DNA of 62,680 nucleotides, filler included, from Pirum gemmata (Eukaryota): NCBI GenBank assembly GCA_002812295.1. It is 22 parts of 22 records of this genome, joined end to end, with 100 filler letters (N's around TTAATTAATTAA, not from the genome) between each part and the next. Parts side by side here need not be neighbours in the genome. Positions count along the whole stretch, not along the records: positions 51,473 to 54,065 come from PDIN01005455.1; positions 54,166 to 56,764 come from PDIN01005456.1; positions 56,865 to 59,991 come from PDIN01005457.1; positions 60,092 to 62,680 come from PDIN01005458.1; 18 more parts are not named here. One strand, 5' to 3'. Shown piece by piece: positions 51,808 to 62,680 of this stretch (position 1 is its first letter; each line of letters starts with the position of its first letter). The notes under the pieces were generated by a model. It saw only the letters and a program-made list of their open reading frames with translations, ran no database searches and was not told where the DNA came from. The position numbers and the translations under genes were made by a program.

Positions 51808-53977
51808 GCACAGTACACACGATACATACAATACACAGAACACATGTTATTGGGCACAACACGACACACACATATGCACATACACACACATACACACACA
51901 CCACATACATACATGCATTTACATACATTTACATAACACTAAAAAAAAACTTTACCAAAATCTTATTCATTTTTTGCTTTTGTTATATATATATATATAT
52001 TTGTGTATTTTGGTTTGTTTTATTTTATTTTATTTGTATTATTATTGTTGATGTTATTATTGATTCTATTATATTAAATAAAATAATTGATTATATATTT
52101 GTTTTTGTTCTTTTTTTGTTTTGTTTTTTGTGTGTTTTTTTTTTTTTTTTTTTTATAGACATTTTCCTTCGAGCTCACTGAACGATGGTGAAGTATAAAT
52201 ATCATAGTTTATGCGCATATTTTCCTCAGGAGCGATTGTTTTGTTTTTTTCTTTTTGGAGTTGCCAATTATCAAAACCTCATAAAAGTGCATTTTTAGGA
52301 ACAATTTTTTTTATTAGTATATAATGTTATATATAAATGTTGTCATCGTTTAGTCCTTCCGAATGCCTTATGTAGTAATACAAGTGTCATAAATGGAAAT
52401 TAGATAACTAAAATGTAATTTCAAAATCGAAAAAAAAAAAGAATAATTTTTGTGTTCATTTTTCCATATGACTTTAAAAATAGTGATATAAGTGCCATAA
52501 TTAAAATAAATAAACTGTAATTTTAAATTCAAAAAAACGAAGGTTTAAAGGTTAACCAGCCTGAATTCTGAGTAACAGATTACCCAAACCTGATTTTTGG
52601 GCAATACGTTACTCAAACTTTTTTTTTTTTGCAAAAAAATAAAATTATAAAAATTCAAGCCAATAATAATATCACATTTAACAAATAAAAATAAAAAAAC
52701 AAATAGTATTGGCCAATTCAATTAAATGTATTTTTTTATTTTGAAGATTTTATCATTACCTGTGATGTATCAAACTAGCAAAATAACTATATTAAATTAA
52801 GTTATATTGATATATAGGTTGTTATATTGATAAACCATCATACAATCGAAATCTTATCTTAATGTTTATCATATAGTTTGACAAATGCGAAGGTCTCATT
52901 GAAAAATATTGAGTATTGTTTGATTTATGGCTTATGGTTATTCCATACAACATTAAATTTTTTTACTAAATTTTTCCCGATAGCCCGTCTAGCTTCTATT
53001 TCTCATATCTGAACTACCATAAATTTGTTTTGTGGACTATTTTTGAAATTCTGTGGGCTACATGGCTTAATTGTGGTAACTAATGTATTACAATATTGAA
53101 ATTCTATTTACATGGGCATTATCAAGTATACCTAGACCCATCCTAAGCACCGAATCACGATCGATATAACACGTTCACGGATATATGATCATAACGTTAT
53201 TAATTGAACCATAACCATAACAATAACAATAACGATAAATAGCCATACCACCATCTATATAACCATCCTTATACTAATAATTAAATTTGCATAACTAGCT
53301 ATAGTACTATTAATATATAACTTTTTATATATAACCATAATTATAACATTACTCATAATCATATATAACTATAACGATATACATAAACACATCATCATAA
53401 ACATAACTGTAAACATAAAATGATAATAAAAATATTATAGTTATAACCATAATTACATATTCATCTATAGTAACGTTAATGTTATATATTTATAAATATG
53501 ATATAATTAAAAATATTTTAATTAATATATCTATAACTATAACTATATAACTATATACAATGTTAAGTATATATAAATATTAATACTTTAATTAATATAT
53601 CTAGAACTATAACTATAAATAACTATAAATATAACTACATACACATGTATACATACATATATATATATATCTAGGTTTATATCTGTAACTCTAGATATAT
53701 AAAAACTACAACTATAACTCTGATTTTTTAACTATAGAACTACATGTACAATAATATAAATATCGATATAACTATAACTATATATAACCAAACTATATTA
53801 TGATAATATTAGTGTCGAAAATAACCAGAAATTTGCTATAACTACGCAACTATAACAACTATATATATTTATTAACTATAACTATATCAGTACTACGGTA
53901 TAGCTATATATAGCTATAACCAACATTACACTATAACTTTAATGTTTTGTTTGTTTTCACCTTTACTTTAATTAAGT

Positions 53978-54059
53978 TGATCGCTGTGGGATTTGAACCC
54001 ACGCCTACGAATAGACTGGAGCCTAAATCCAGCGCCTTAGACCACTCGGCCAAACGACC
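53978..54059 (-). tRNA. tRNA-Leu (anticodon UAG)
   Basis: GGTCGTTTGGCCGAGTGGTCTAAGGCG-CTGGA-TTTAGGC-TCCAG-long variable arm-GTGGGTTCAAATCCCAC-AGCGATCA; 82 nt, cloverleaf pairs, A and B boxes intact. Confidence 0.95.
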
Positions 54060-54369
54060 ATTCTANNNNNNNNNNNNNNNNNNNNNNNNNNNNNNNNNNN
54101 NNNNNNNNNTTAATTAATTAANNNNNNNNNNNNNNNNNNNNNNNNNNNNNNNNNNNNNNNNNNNNCCTAACCCTAACCCTAAGCCTAACCCTAACCCTAA
54201 CCCTAACCCTACCTAACCCTAACCCTAACCCTCAATATCATTTTATTTAATTAAAAAAAAAAAATCCTCTAGAAAAAATCCTTATCAGAGATACCATATA
54301 TGGTGCAAATAGCTAAAATAATCCAACTAGCAAAAGTCTAGCAGCTACTCTAGCTAGCAAACCAACAGA

Positions 54370-54600
54370 GTAGGGGTGAGATATCTACTGGAACTTTTTT
54401 CGAACAGATGCTTATCGAGCCAACCTTAGTTCCGTGTTTCTTACTAATAATAGCAGTCAAATAGCTTAAAATAGTAAATATAATTATAATAGATACCATT
54501 AAAGAAATAGTATTAACATTAATAGTAATAAAAACCATAAAAATCAGAAAAGTTCCGGAAACTGTTCGGTAATAATAAAATGACGTCATCTCACCCCTAC
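54370..54600. mobile_element. MITE, family D
   Basis: 13-bp TIR gtaggggtgagat / atctcacccctac. Confidence 0.88.
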
Positions 54601-54952
54601 TCTTCTGATCGAAAACATCAATTACGTCAATCTAATTTTTAAAATAGCGTCAAATATTTCAAATATTTTCAAACATTTATATAATGATACTAATAGTATA
54701 CTAGTATACTAATGATAATGAAAATTATAATAAAGATAATGATACTAATACTAATGATAATAATAATAATAATGAGAGTTGTGAACAACGTACAATGATA
54801 ATAAAGATAATGATAATAATAATAATAATAATAATAACTACGAACGGCACTGTAGTTTTATGGTAGTTTTTACACAACCATAAAAAAAACAAATCAAATT
54901 TAGCAAAACAAAAAAAAATTGTAGTAGAACATAAAACTGTAGTAGACTAGCT

Positions 54953-55180
54953 GTAGGGGTGAGATGACGTCATTTTATTATTACCGAACAGCTACCGGAA
55001 CTTTTCCGATTTTTATGGTTTTTGTTACTATTAATGTTAATATTATTACTTTAATTGGTAANATAATTAGATTTACTATTTTAAACTATTTAACTGCTAT
55101 TATTAGTAAGAAACACTGAACTAAGGTTGGCTCGATAAGCATCTGTTCGAAAAAAGTTCCAGTAGATATCTCACCCCTAC
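54953..55180. mobile_element. MITE, family D (opposite orientation)
   Basis: Same TIRs; body is the reverse complement of 54370-54600. Confidence 0.88.
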
Positions 55181-56161
55181 TAGACTAGCCTGTATAATAG
55201 AAAATTTTTATCGTGCTTTTCAGTTATTCTGTCATTATAAAATATAAAATAAAGAATACCAAATTAATACAACATAAATCCATTTTATTTTATTTGGTAT
55301 ATTTTATTATCTATTTGTTAATTTAAAAATGTCGATTTAAATATTATAACCAACCAAATAAATATCCAGAGTGACAAAACAAACTCCAAACAATTTCTAG
55401 TTATATCAATAGTAGGTTAGAATTTTAGTTCTTCTAAAGGTTTTTTGGAGAAATATAACTTTGTTTCATCCATTATAAATTATAATAAAGTTATATCGAT
55501 AGTAGGTTAGAATTTTAGTTCTTTCTAAAGGTTTTTGGAGAAATATAACTTTGTTTTATCCATTATAAAGTTGGATGTTTTGTAAGTTTTTTCTGTTTTT
55601 TTTTATATCGTACGATATCATTCGTAGAGTCCTATCTGAGACTCTCATGATAATTGTAATATTATTTTTTTTCGATTTTTTCACAGCCACCATGTTTTTT
55701 TTTTTTTCATTTTTATTATTTTTTTTAAAAATTAAATATATATACATAAATAATAATATTAGTCTACTAATGATTGTTTATTTCATTACAATGTCATACA
55801 GTTGTTAGGTACTGTTGAAGTGTATACTTGAACTTATTTGTAAAATACAACATCAAATAAATTAATTAAAACTTGTCAGATAGTTTAACTATAATAATAA
55901 TTTGGTTCTTTTATTTCATTTCAGTTTTTGAACTGGACAACACGATACAACAAAAGAATACATATATCACTACACATCTATAAAATATTACATAAGAAAT
56001 TAAGAATATTATAATATATGGTAGTAATATCATAATAATATGTCATAAAAAACAAGAACAACAGCGTTAACAAGACTAAGACAACAACAAAAAATAGAAA
56101 ATAGTTAATAATAAATTGAATTTTCTATTACATATATAAGCCAAAACCTCTTTAAACAAGC

Positions 56162-56436
56162 ATGTATTTGTTACCTCCAGTGTTTTTATTGTTCTGCTCC
56201 GCATTTTCTCAGAGCAATGCAGGTGTAGTATTGAAAAGTCAAAATCTTCAGTTCCACAATCTCCATAATCCTCAAAACGCAGACAAGAAAGAATACAAAT
56301 TTTGTTCTGAAGTAATTGACGAATGTATTTTTTTAAGTGAATTAGAATATAAAACTGCACAAAATGAATACCAAGCTCATTATACCAATTATTTGAAGAA
56401 AATTAACAAGAACAATATTAACCCTGTGCCTCAAAC
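56162..56436 (+). CDS. Probable first exon of a secreted protein
   Basis: MYLLPPVFLLFCSAFSQSNAG signal-like start and a non-repetitive body with two Cys; ends at gtaatt donor or TAA 56440. Confidence 0.5.
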
Positions 56437-56447
56437 GTAATTTTATC

Positions 56448-56493
<46 letters not shown>

Positions 56494-56864
56494 TATTATA
56501 GTATTGTGTTTTTGATTATTGTTTATTTATTTGTCACCACGACCACGACCATAGCCACAATCTTTTTTATTTCTAGTACTTCTACAGCGGTACTGTTTGC
56601 TATTTATTGTTATATATATTAAACAATAACGATATTTCGCAAAAATTTTAAACAACACAAATCCTATTTAATCTTTCCAACCATCTTCATTGCCTTACTA
56701 TATATATATATATATCCTTAATATCCTTAGTATTATTATTATCATTATATCGTCATTACCAATANNNNNNNNNNNNNNNNNNNNNNNNNNNNNNNNNNNN
56801 NNNNNNNNTTAATTAATTAANNNNNNNNNNNNNNNNNNNNNNNNNNNNNNNNNNNNNNNNNNNN

Positions 56865-56902
<38 letters not shown>

Positions 56903-57515
56903 ATGCAAGTAAAACGAGGTAAACAAACTGAAATTTATTGTTTCACAGAAAACAAAATGATAAATTCCCAACATATCTTGGCATAATACTGTAATGCAGC
57001 AGAGGTGTGCGACTTTATTTTATTTTATTTATTTATTTATAGCGGTAGTTGTAATAGTATACGTAGTAACAGTAATAATAGAAGTAACAATGGTATTAAT
57101 ATTAAGAAGATGTGGCAAGAACAGGGTGATAATTTATAAGTTTCAATTATATGTATATAGATAATGATAGGTTAAAGGTTTTAAAGTATTTTTATATATT
57201 TGTTTTAGTTGTTATATATATAGTAGGATAAGTATAGGATAAACATAATATATTTAGTAAGGTAAGTTGTTAAATATATATCAAGAATTGTTATTGAATA
57301 CTAATATAATATAGTATTAATATATATAATAATGCTATCAAAAGTGTTCTCATACTAAGTTGAATTAGCAATTATATTATATATTAATATATGATATCTA
57401 GGAAAGTGTTCTCATACTAATTTATTTTTATTTTGAACAACTAATCTTAATTTAATTAATTACGTTGTGTGCTATAATAATAATATCAATAATAATAATT
57501 AATAATAATAATAAA

Positions 57516-57555
<40 letters not shown>

Positions 57556-58009
57556 GTTACAGAAAACATATAAATAAGAGAGAGGTAGGAGTGTCGTTGA
57601 GAGGTTAAGCTTGAAATGCTAAAGACTCAAAAAAAGAAGATAAAACGAAAAGACTCAATATATATAAACGCTTTTGTCTTTTTATAAGGCAACTGGCAGT
57701 TATAACTTATAGTCTAGTCTATATAATTTTATCAGTATTTTATCACTATTTTATCACACTCAACCAACGCGAAATTTCACATTCCTGTCCCAATTTGTAT
57801 GTAAGAAATAATAAATCGTGCCTTTCATTTATTTTGTCACTCCGAATATTTATTTGGGGGGTTATAATCTTTAAGTTGACATTTTTAAATCAATACATAG
57901 ATAATAAAATATACCAAATTAAATTAAATGGATTTATATTTTATTAATTTGGAACTATTTTATGATGACAAAACAACTGAAAAGCACTACAATATTGATT
58001 TGGACTTTT

Positions 58010-58905
58010 TGTCTACTAGTCTATGAGTCTATGATAGCTAGCTAGAGGTATGATAGCTAGCTAGACTATGATCAATAGACTAGGATAAGGTACTACTACT
58101 AGCTAGCTACTAGCTAGCTAGCTAGTAGTAGTCTAGTAGTAGTAGTAGCTAGCTATGCATAGTATCTAGCTATGATAGCTATATAGCAGAGAGTTCAGAA
58201 CTGATTCAGACTATTCAGAGTAGCTTCTAGCTAGTAGCTAGACTTGCTAGCTAGACGGGCTAAGTATACGGGAGACGACGGGAGACTTGCAAAAATCGAT
58301 AGTTACTAATTAAACTTACCTATTAAACTCACTATTATCCCAATAGTAGACTCTCTAGCTAGCTAGCTACTAGAGCTAGCCACTACTAGTCTAGCTAGTT
58401 GAGTAGCTAGAGTCTAGAGTATCGATATCTGATATCTGATATCGATAGTAGCAGTAGACTAGTCTATAGTAGCTCTACTAGCTAGCCTAGCCAGCTAGCT
58501 AGCTAGCTAACTAGTCGGCTTTGTCGGCTTTTTGGCCTTTTTCGCCTTTTTGGCTAAAATTAGGTTTTCCTCTAGCTAGCTACGGTATGATATAAAAATA
58601 TCAGATAAAAGTCTGCGATAAACTATCATAGCTAGCTAGCTAGTCTAGCTAGAGGTAGTGGACTTTGCTATCTCTAAATATCTCTGCTATCATATCAAAT
58701 CACATCCTGATAAAATAGTCGACCGGTAGTAGTAGCCGGCAGTAGCACTGTATCGATAGACTATCGATAGCTACTAGTAGCTAGCTAGCTACTAGCTAGA
58801 GGAGAAGCTAGCTAGGAGAGTAGAGTAGCTAGCTAGAGTACTATCAGAGCCTAGCTACTAGCTAGCTAGCTAGCTCTAGTAGTAGCTACAGTAGAGAGCA
58901 CAATA
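58010..58905. repeat. Degenerate (AGCT/TAGC)n low-complexity tract
   Basis: Dense tagctagctag, gactag and atcgatag motifs; similar tracts at ~12600-12730, 14060-14340, 16600-16740, 32520-32830, 48950-49040. Confidence 0.85.
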
Positions 58906-59089
58906 GTAGTCTATCTGTCAGTATAATTTGTAAACAACAAGATTTTGTAGAATTTACCGGTATTATTATATAATTATTAGTATAATATGGTATCGATACA
59001 ATCGATATCCAATACTACTATCGATATCATATGATAATAGTATTTTGTTACCACTACCATTTTTGTTTCTTTTTATATTATTATTATCA

Positions 59090-59123
<34 letters not shown>

Positions 59124-59617
59124 TCATAATCATAATCATTATCATCATAATCATAATCATAATCATAATCATAATCATAATCATAATCATAATCATAGTC
59201 ATAATCATAATCATTATCATTATCATTATCATTATCATTATCATTATCATTATCATTATCATTATCATAATCATAATCATAATCATAATCATAATCATAA
59301 TCATAATCATACTCATACTCATACTCATACTCATACTCATACTCATACTCATACTCATACTCATACTCATACTCATACTCATACTCATACTCATACTCAT
59401 ACTCATACTCATACTCATACTCATACTCATACTCATACTCATACTCATANNNNNNNNNNNNNNNNNNNNNNNNNNNNNNNNNNNNAAACAAAACAAAACA
59501 AACAAAACCAAAACCAAAACCAAAACCAAAACCAAAACCAAAACCAAAACCAAAAAACCAAAACCAAAAAACCAAAACCAAACTTAAAAAAAAACAAACT
59601 TAAAAAAAAAAAAAAAC

Positions 59618-59927
59618 CGCTTTTTTCCTAATATAAGGACGAGATGAAGAAGTCAAAGTAATTAAATCGTTAACAAGGTCACGTGCTAAATCAGGAGTTA
59701 CAAAATTAGATAAGCCATTCAAAGCCATACCAGTCTCAAACTGATTTTGACTCATTAAATCCTTTTTAATCATATTGGTGGTTAACATTAGGACTTCAGT
59801 GGTGTCTTGGAACGATTGGGAACCCGCTAAATACCCCACTCTTTTATGCGTAAACTTAGCAGCGCTCATAACTTCAATAATATGAAAAGCTGCAAAAGAG
59901 ATATCGTGACCTAACATATGTAAATAA
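59618..59927 (-). CDS. AP3D1: Internal exon of AP-3 complex subunit delta
   Basis: YLHMLGHDISFAAFHIIEVMS..KFTHKRVGYLA.SQSF....VLMLTTN.IKKDL...FVTPDLARDL.ND...RPYIRKKA; cag acceptor and GT donor. Confidence 0.95.
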
Positions 59928-60233
59928 CTGTTTGTGGTTTTGAGGTTAGTAGTAATAGTTGTTGTTGTTGTAGTAGTAGTAGTAGTAGTAGNNNNNNNNN
60001 NNNNNNNNNNNNNNNNNNNNNNNNNNNNNNNNNNNTTAATTAATTAANNNNNNNNNNNNNNNNNNNNNNNNNNNNNNNNNNNNNNNNNNNNAAAAAAAAA
60101 AAAAAAAAATAGTTATATTTGAATCATCACCATCATCATCCTCATTATTTATGATATATAAATGTAACGATAACAAAGGGAAAAAAGAAAAAAGAAAACA
60201 GGAGAATGAAGACAGTATGAAATTGTCACAAAC

Positions 60234-60327
60234 CTCTCCTCCTTTGGCAAAGCCCATGCTTTTCCCTTCGTCAAAACCACTCATTTTCCCCGCTTCCAGG
60301 CCCTCATTTTTATGCTCAAAGTACAAT
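60234..60327 (-). CDS. Exon with Yae1_N-like Gly periodicity (LTO1/YAE1 family)
   Basis: LYFEHKNEGLEAGKMSGFDEGKSMGFAKGGE has G every 4 residues; AG/GT bounded. Confidence 0.6.
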
Positions 60328-60539
60328 CTGACAACGATAATGATAATGATAATGATAATGATAATTACATAAAAGAAGAAAAAAAAAAGCAACAAACCAA
60401 AAAGTGCTATACTGCCCGTTAATAGGAGACTGGAACTACCAGTATTATAAAAATAACTTTAGTTGTAATGCAACGTAACGCAAAAATTTAGAAGAAGAAA
60501 ACTACAGCACTATAATAATCATAATAACAATAATAATAC

Positions 60540-60573
<34 letters not shown>

Positions 60574-60713
60574 AAATAATAATAATGATAATAATAATAA
60601 TAATAAACAATAACAACAATAATAATAATAATAATGAATAGAAAAATTAAATAAATAAATAAATAAATATGAATTTATTAATAAAGAAAAAAATATTTTT
60701 ATTTTTATTTTTT

Positions 60714-62597
60714 TCATGCGGAAACTAGAACTTTTTTTGGTTCACTAAAACTTCGTGCTCTATTGCATCTTGCAGCTTCATCAAAGACTTTCAAGGCTTT
60801 TTTGAACTCTTTGCTTTGGGGTTCTGATTGTAACCGCTTTCTTCTAACAGCATTAGTCGAGTCTGTAGCTATCATTGTATCGTATAAATCTAATTTCGGA
60901 CAAGCTTCTGATGTGCGTGATGAGCTTTGTTCGTTAATTTGAAATGAGATAGTAGAAGTAGAAAAAGATTTACTTAATCTTTTTGATTTAATATTTCCTT
61001 TGTTATTAATACTAACACTCATACTAACATCAACAATTTTGTTCATGATGACTTCTTCTTCTGGTTCTTCAGGTTCAAAATAACGATAACCATTGCTAAC
61101 ATTAAAATTGTCCAACTCGCTGAGTTCGTTGGCGCTATTATTAGCATCTGATTCTGTACCACTGTCATTAATATTGCAGTTATTATTACTATGGTTCCTA
61201 CTCTTTGCGCTTCGGATTGTTTGTGAAAGTTGTTTTCTTGTTGCAGACATTGTTCTTCGTCTTTTAAATTTGGATAAAGTCCCATTACCACCATCACTTG
61301 AACTTCTACTTCTAGTATGCCCGCTCACATTCTCACAATCTTTAACTTGTAATTGTTCTTGTTTTCTCCTTCTCCCCACTGATCGTAAACGTTTTCTTTT
61401 CTCTGTAGATGAGGATGGCTCGTTATTATCATTTGTAGTTTTAATAACTTTATCTTCGTTATTAATAGCATTGCCAACAGTAAATTGGAAAGTGGATAAG
61501 GAATAGGATTTACTCAATCGCCTATTCCCAGTAGTATTAGTATTGTTATTGCCACGGTCGCTTTCATTATTACTTTCATTACAAGTAAAATCGCTATCAG
61601 TCTGACTAGTACCTAGATGAGCAGCTGCAATATTTTCTTGTTGTTTGTGTTGCCGTTTTTTCTTAGAAAACGATTTACGTCTTCTCCTTTTCCCGGACAC
61701 AGGTTTAGCGATAGGTTCGTCAACGATATCTTTCAAAGTTTGTTGTGAATTTATTGAAAATATTTCCAAAGCAGATGCTGAAAGTGATTTGCTTAATCGC
61801 CTAGAAGATGTATTAGGAACAGTATCATTATCATTATCATCATGATTATTATTATCACCTTCAATATCACTAATGGTGATTGAATTATCAATATTTTCCT
61901 GTTGTTGTTGTTGTTGTTGTTGTTTTTTCTTTTTTGAAAAAGATGCAGCAAGTCTTTCCCTTTTCCTTCTATTACTAGGAACTGATTTAGAATCTTCTAC
62001 GTTGTCTTTCATATTAATCGAAAAATTTTCCAGAGCAGAAGCTGAACTCGATTTACTTAATCGACGCTTATTGGTAATGATTTTGTTATTTGTATTATTA
62101 TTATTATTATTCAAATTATTACTGTTAAAATTATCGTTGTTGTTGGCATCGCTGCTATTGTTAATGACCAGGTCATGATTGTCTTTATCATTGTTTCCAT
62201 CCTGTTGTTGTTGTTGTTTTCTTTGTCTGCGCAAAGTTATTCTTCGTTTTTTTCGTTTTTCTACCTCTGTTTCTCCACTATTACCAGTATTACCACCATC
62301 ACTACTATTGCTGCTACTACTAAATCTCTTCTCTAGATTAGGACTTGAAATAGATTTTTTCATTGGTTGAGGTTGATAATCAATAACATTAGAATCCTTT
62401 TCAGGAGTGGGTGGTTTATTACCCATACTTTCACTACCGAATCCAAAAGAAAAACCAATAGCTGATGATGATGAAAGTTTGCTTTTCTTATTAACAATAT
62501 CTAAATGATTGTTATTGGCCTTATTCCATTGCTGAGCGCTATTTGGAATTGATGCTTTGCCAATTATATTGAAAATATCATCTTCATTAACAATCAT
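60714..62597 (-). CDS. Low-complexity, probably disordered Ser/Asn/Arg-rich protein with repeated RRLSKSxS modules (627 aa)
   Basis: Long open frame; repeated RRLSKS(S/L/Y)S and KRLSKSFS, each followed by basic clusters; no globular domain recognised. Confidence 0.75.
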   Translation of the reverse strand: MIVNEDDIFNIIGKASIPNSAQQWNKANNNHLDIVNKKSKLSSSSAIGFSFGFGSESMGNKPPTPEKDSNVIDYQPQPMKKSISSPNLEKRFSSSSNSSDGGNTGNSGETEVEKRKKRRITLRRQRKQQQQQDGNNDKDNHDLVINNSSDANNNDNFNSNNLNNNNNNTNNKIITNKRRLSKSSSASALENFSINMKDNVEDSKSVPSNRRKRERLAASFSKKKKQQQQQQQQENIDNSITISDIEGDNNNHDDNDNDTVPNTSSRRLSKSLSASALEIFSINSQQTLKDIVDEPIAKPVSGKRRRRKSFSKKKRQHKQQENIAAAHLGTSQTDSDFTCNESNNESDRGNNNTNTTGNRRLSKSYSLSTFQFTVGNAINNEDKVIKTTNDNNEPSSSTEKRKRLRSVGRRRKQEQLQVKDCENVSGHTRSRSSSDGGNGTLSKFKRRRTMSATRKQLSQTIRSAKSRNHSNNNCNINDSGTESDANNSANELSELDNFNVSNGYRYFEPEEPEEEVIMNKIVDVSMSVSINNKGNIKSKRLSKSFSTSTISFQINEQSSSRTSEACPKLDLYDTMIATDSTNAVRRKRLQSEPQSKEFKKALKVFDEAARCNRARSFSEPKKVLVSA

Positions 62598-62680
62598 GTT
62601 TTTACGATTTCCAACTACATTAAATAATTATTAAAGAAAAAATAAATAAAATATAAATAAATAAAATAAATAAAATAAAT

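Noticed and set aside
52150..53160. Coding-like minus-strand sequence
   Set aside because: Many stops and no recognisable family; at most a decayed gene
54166..54231. True chromosome end at a contig-terminal CCCTAA run
   Set aside because: Such arrays are common internally and simply break short-read assemblies; there is no evidence of a terminus

Overview
This window is not continuous chromosome. It is about 22 unplaced contigs, mostly ~2.6 kb, joined by artificial ~100-bp spacers (N44-TTAATTAATTAA-N44, stops in all six frames), so adjacency across spacers means nothing. The source is a very AT-rich, intron- and microsatellite-rich eukaryote with TTAGGG repeats; a unicellular holozoan such as an ichthyosporean is plausible but inferred. 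Recognisable coding pieces: a complete intronless secreted DUF1996 protein, a PAN/Apple + FAD-linked (BBE-like) oxidase, a four-exon ankyrin-repeat gene fragment, exons of a GMC oxidoreductase (choline dehydrogenase-like), R7-type RGS, PP6, AP-3 delta, CREG-like and Yae1/LTO1-like genes, an amidinotransferase-like pseudogene, tRNA-Leu(UAG), and orphan ORFs. Non-coding DNA is dense with several MITE families, LINE remnants, hairpins and (AGCT)n/(TTAGGG)n tracts. Best leads: (1) a spliced orphan gene with a diphtheria-toxin-like Cys-polybasic-Cys-DW loop followed by hydrophobic helices; (2) a ~60-aa four-Cys module shared by two unrelated secreted proteins; (3) an R7 RGS apparently lacking its GGL domain. 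Most ORF-track entries are microsatellite artefacts. Reference sequences quoted are recalled from memory; no searches were run.
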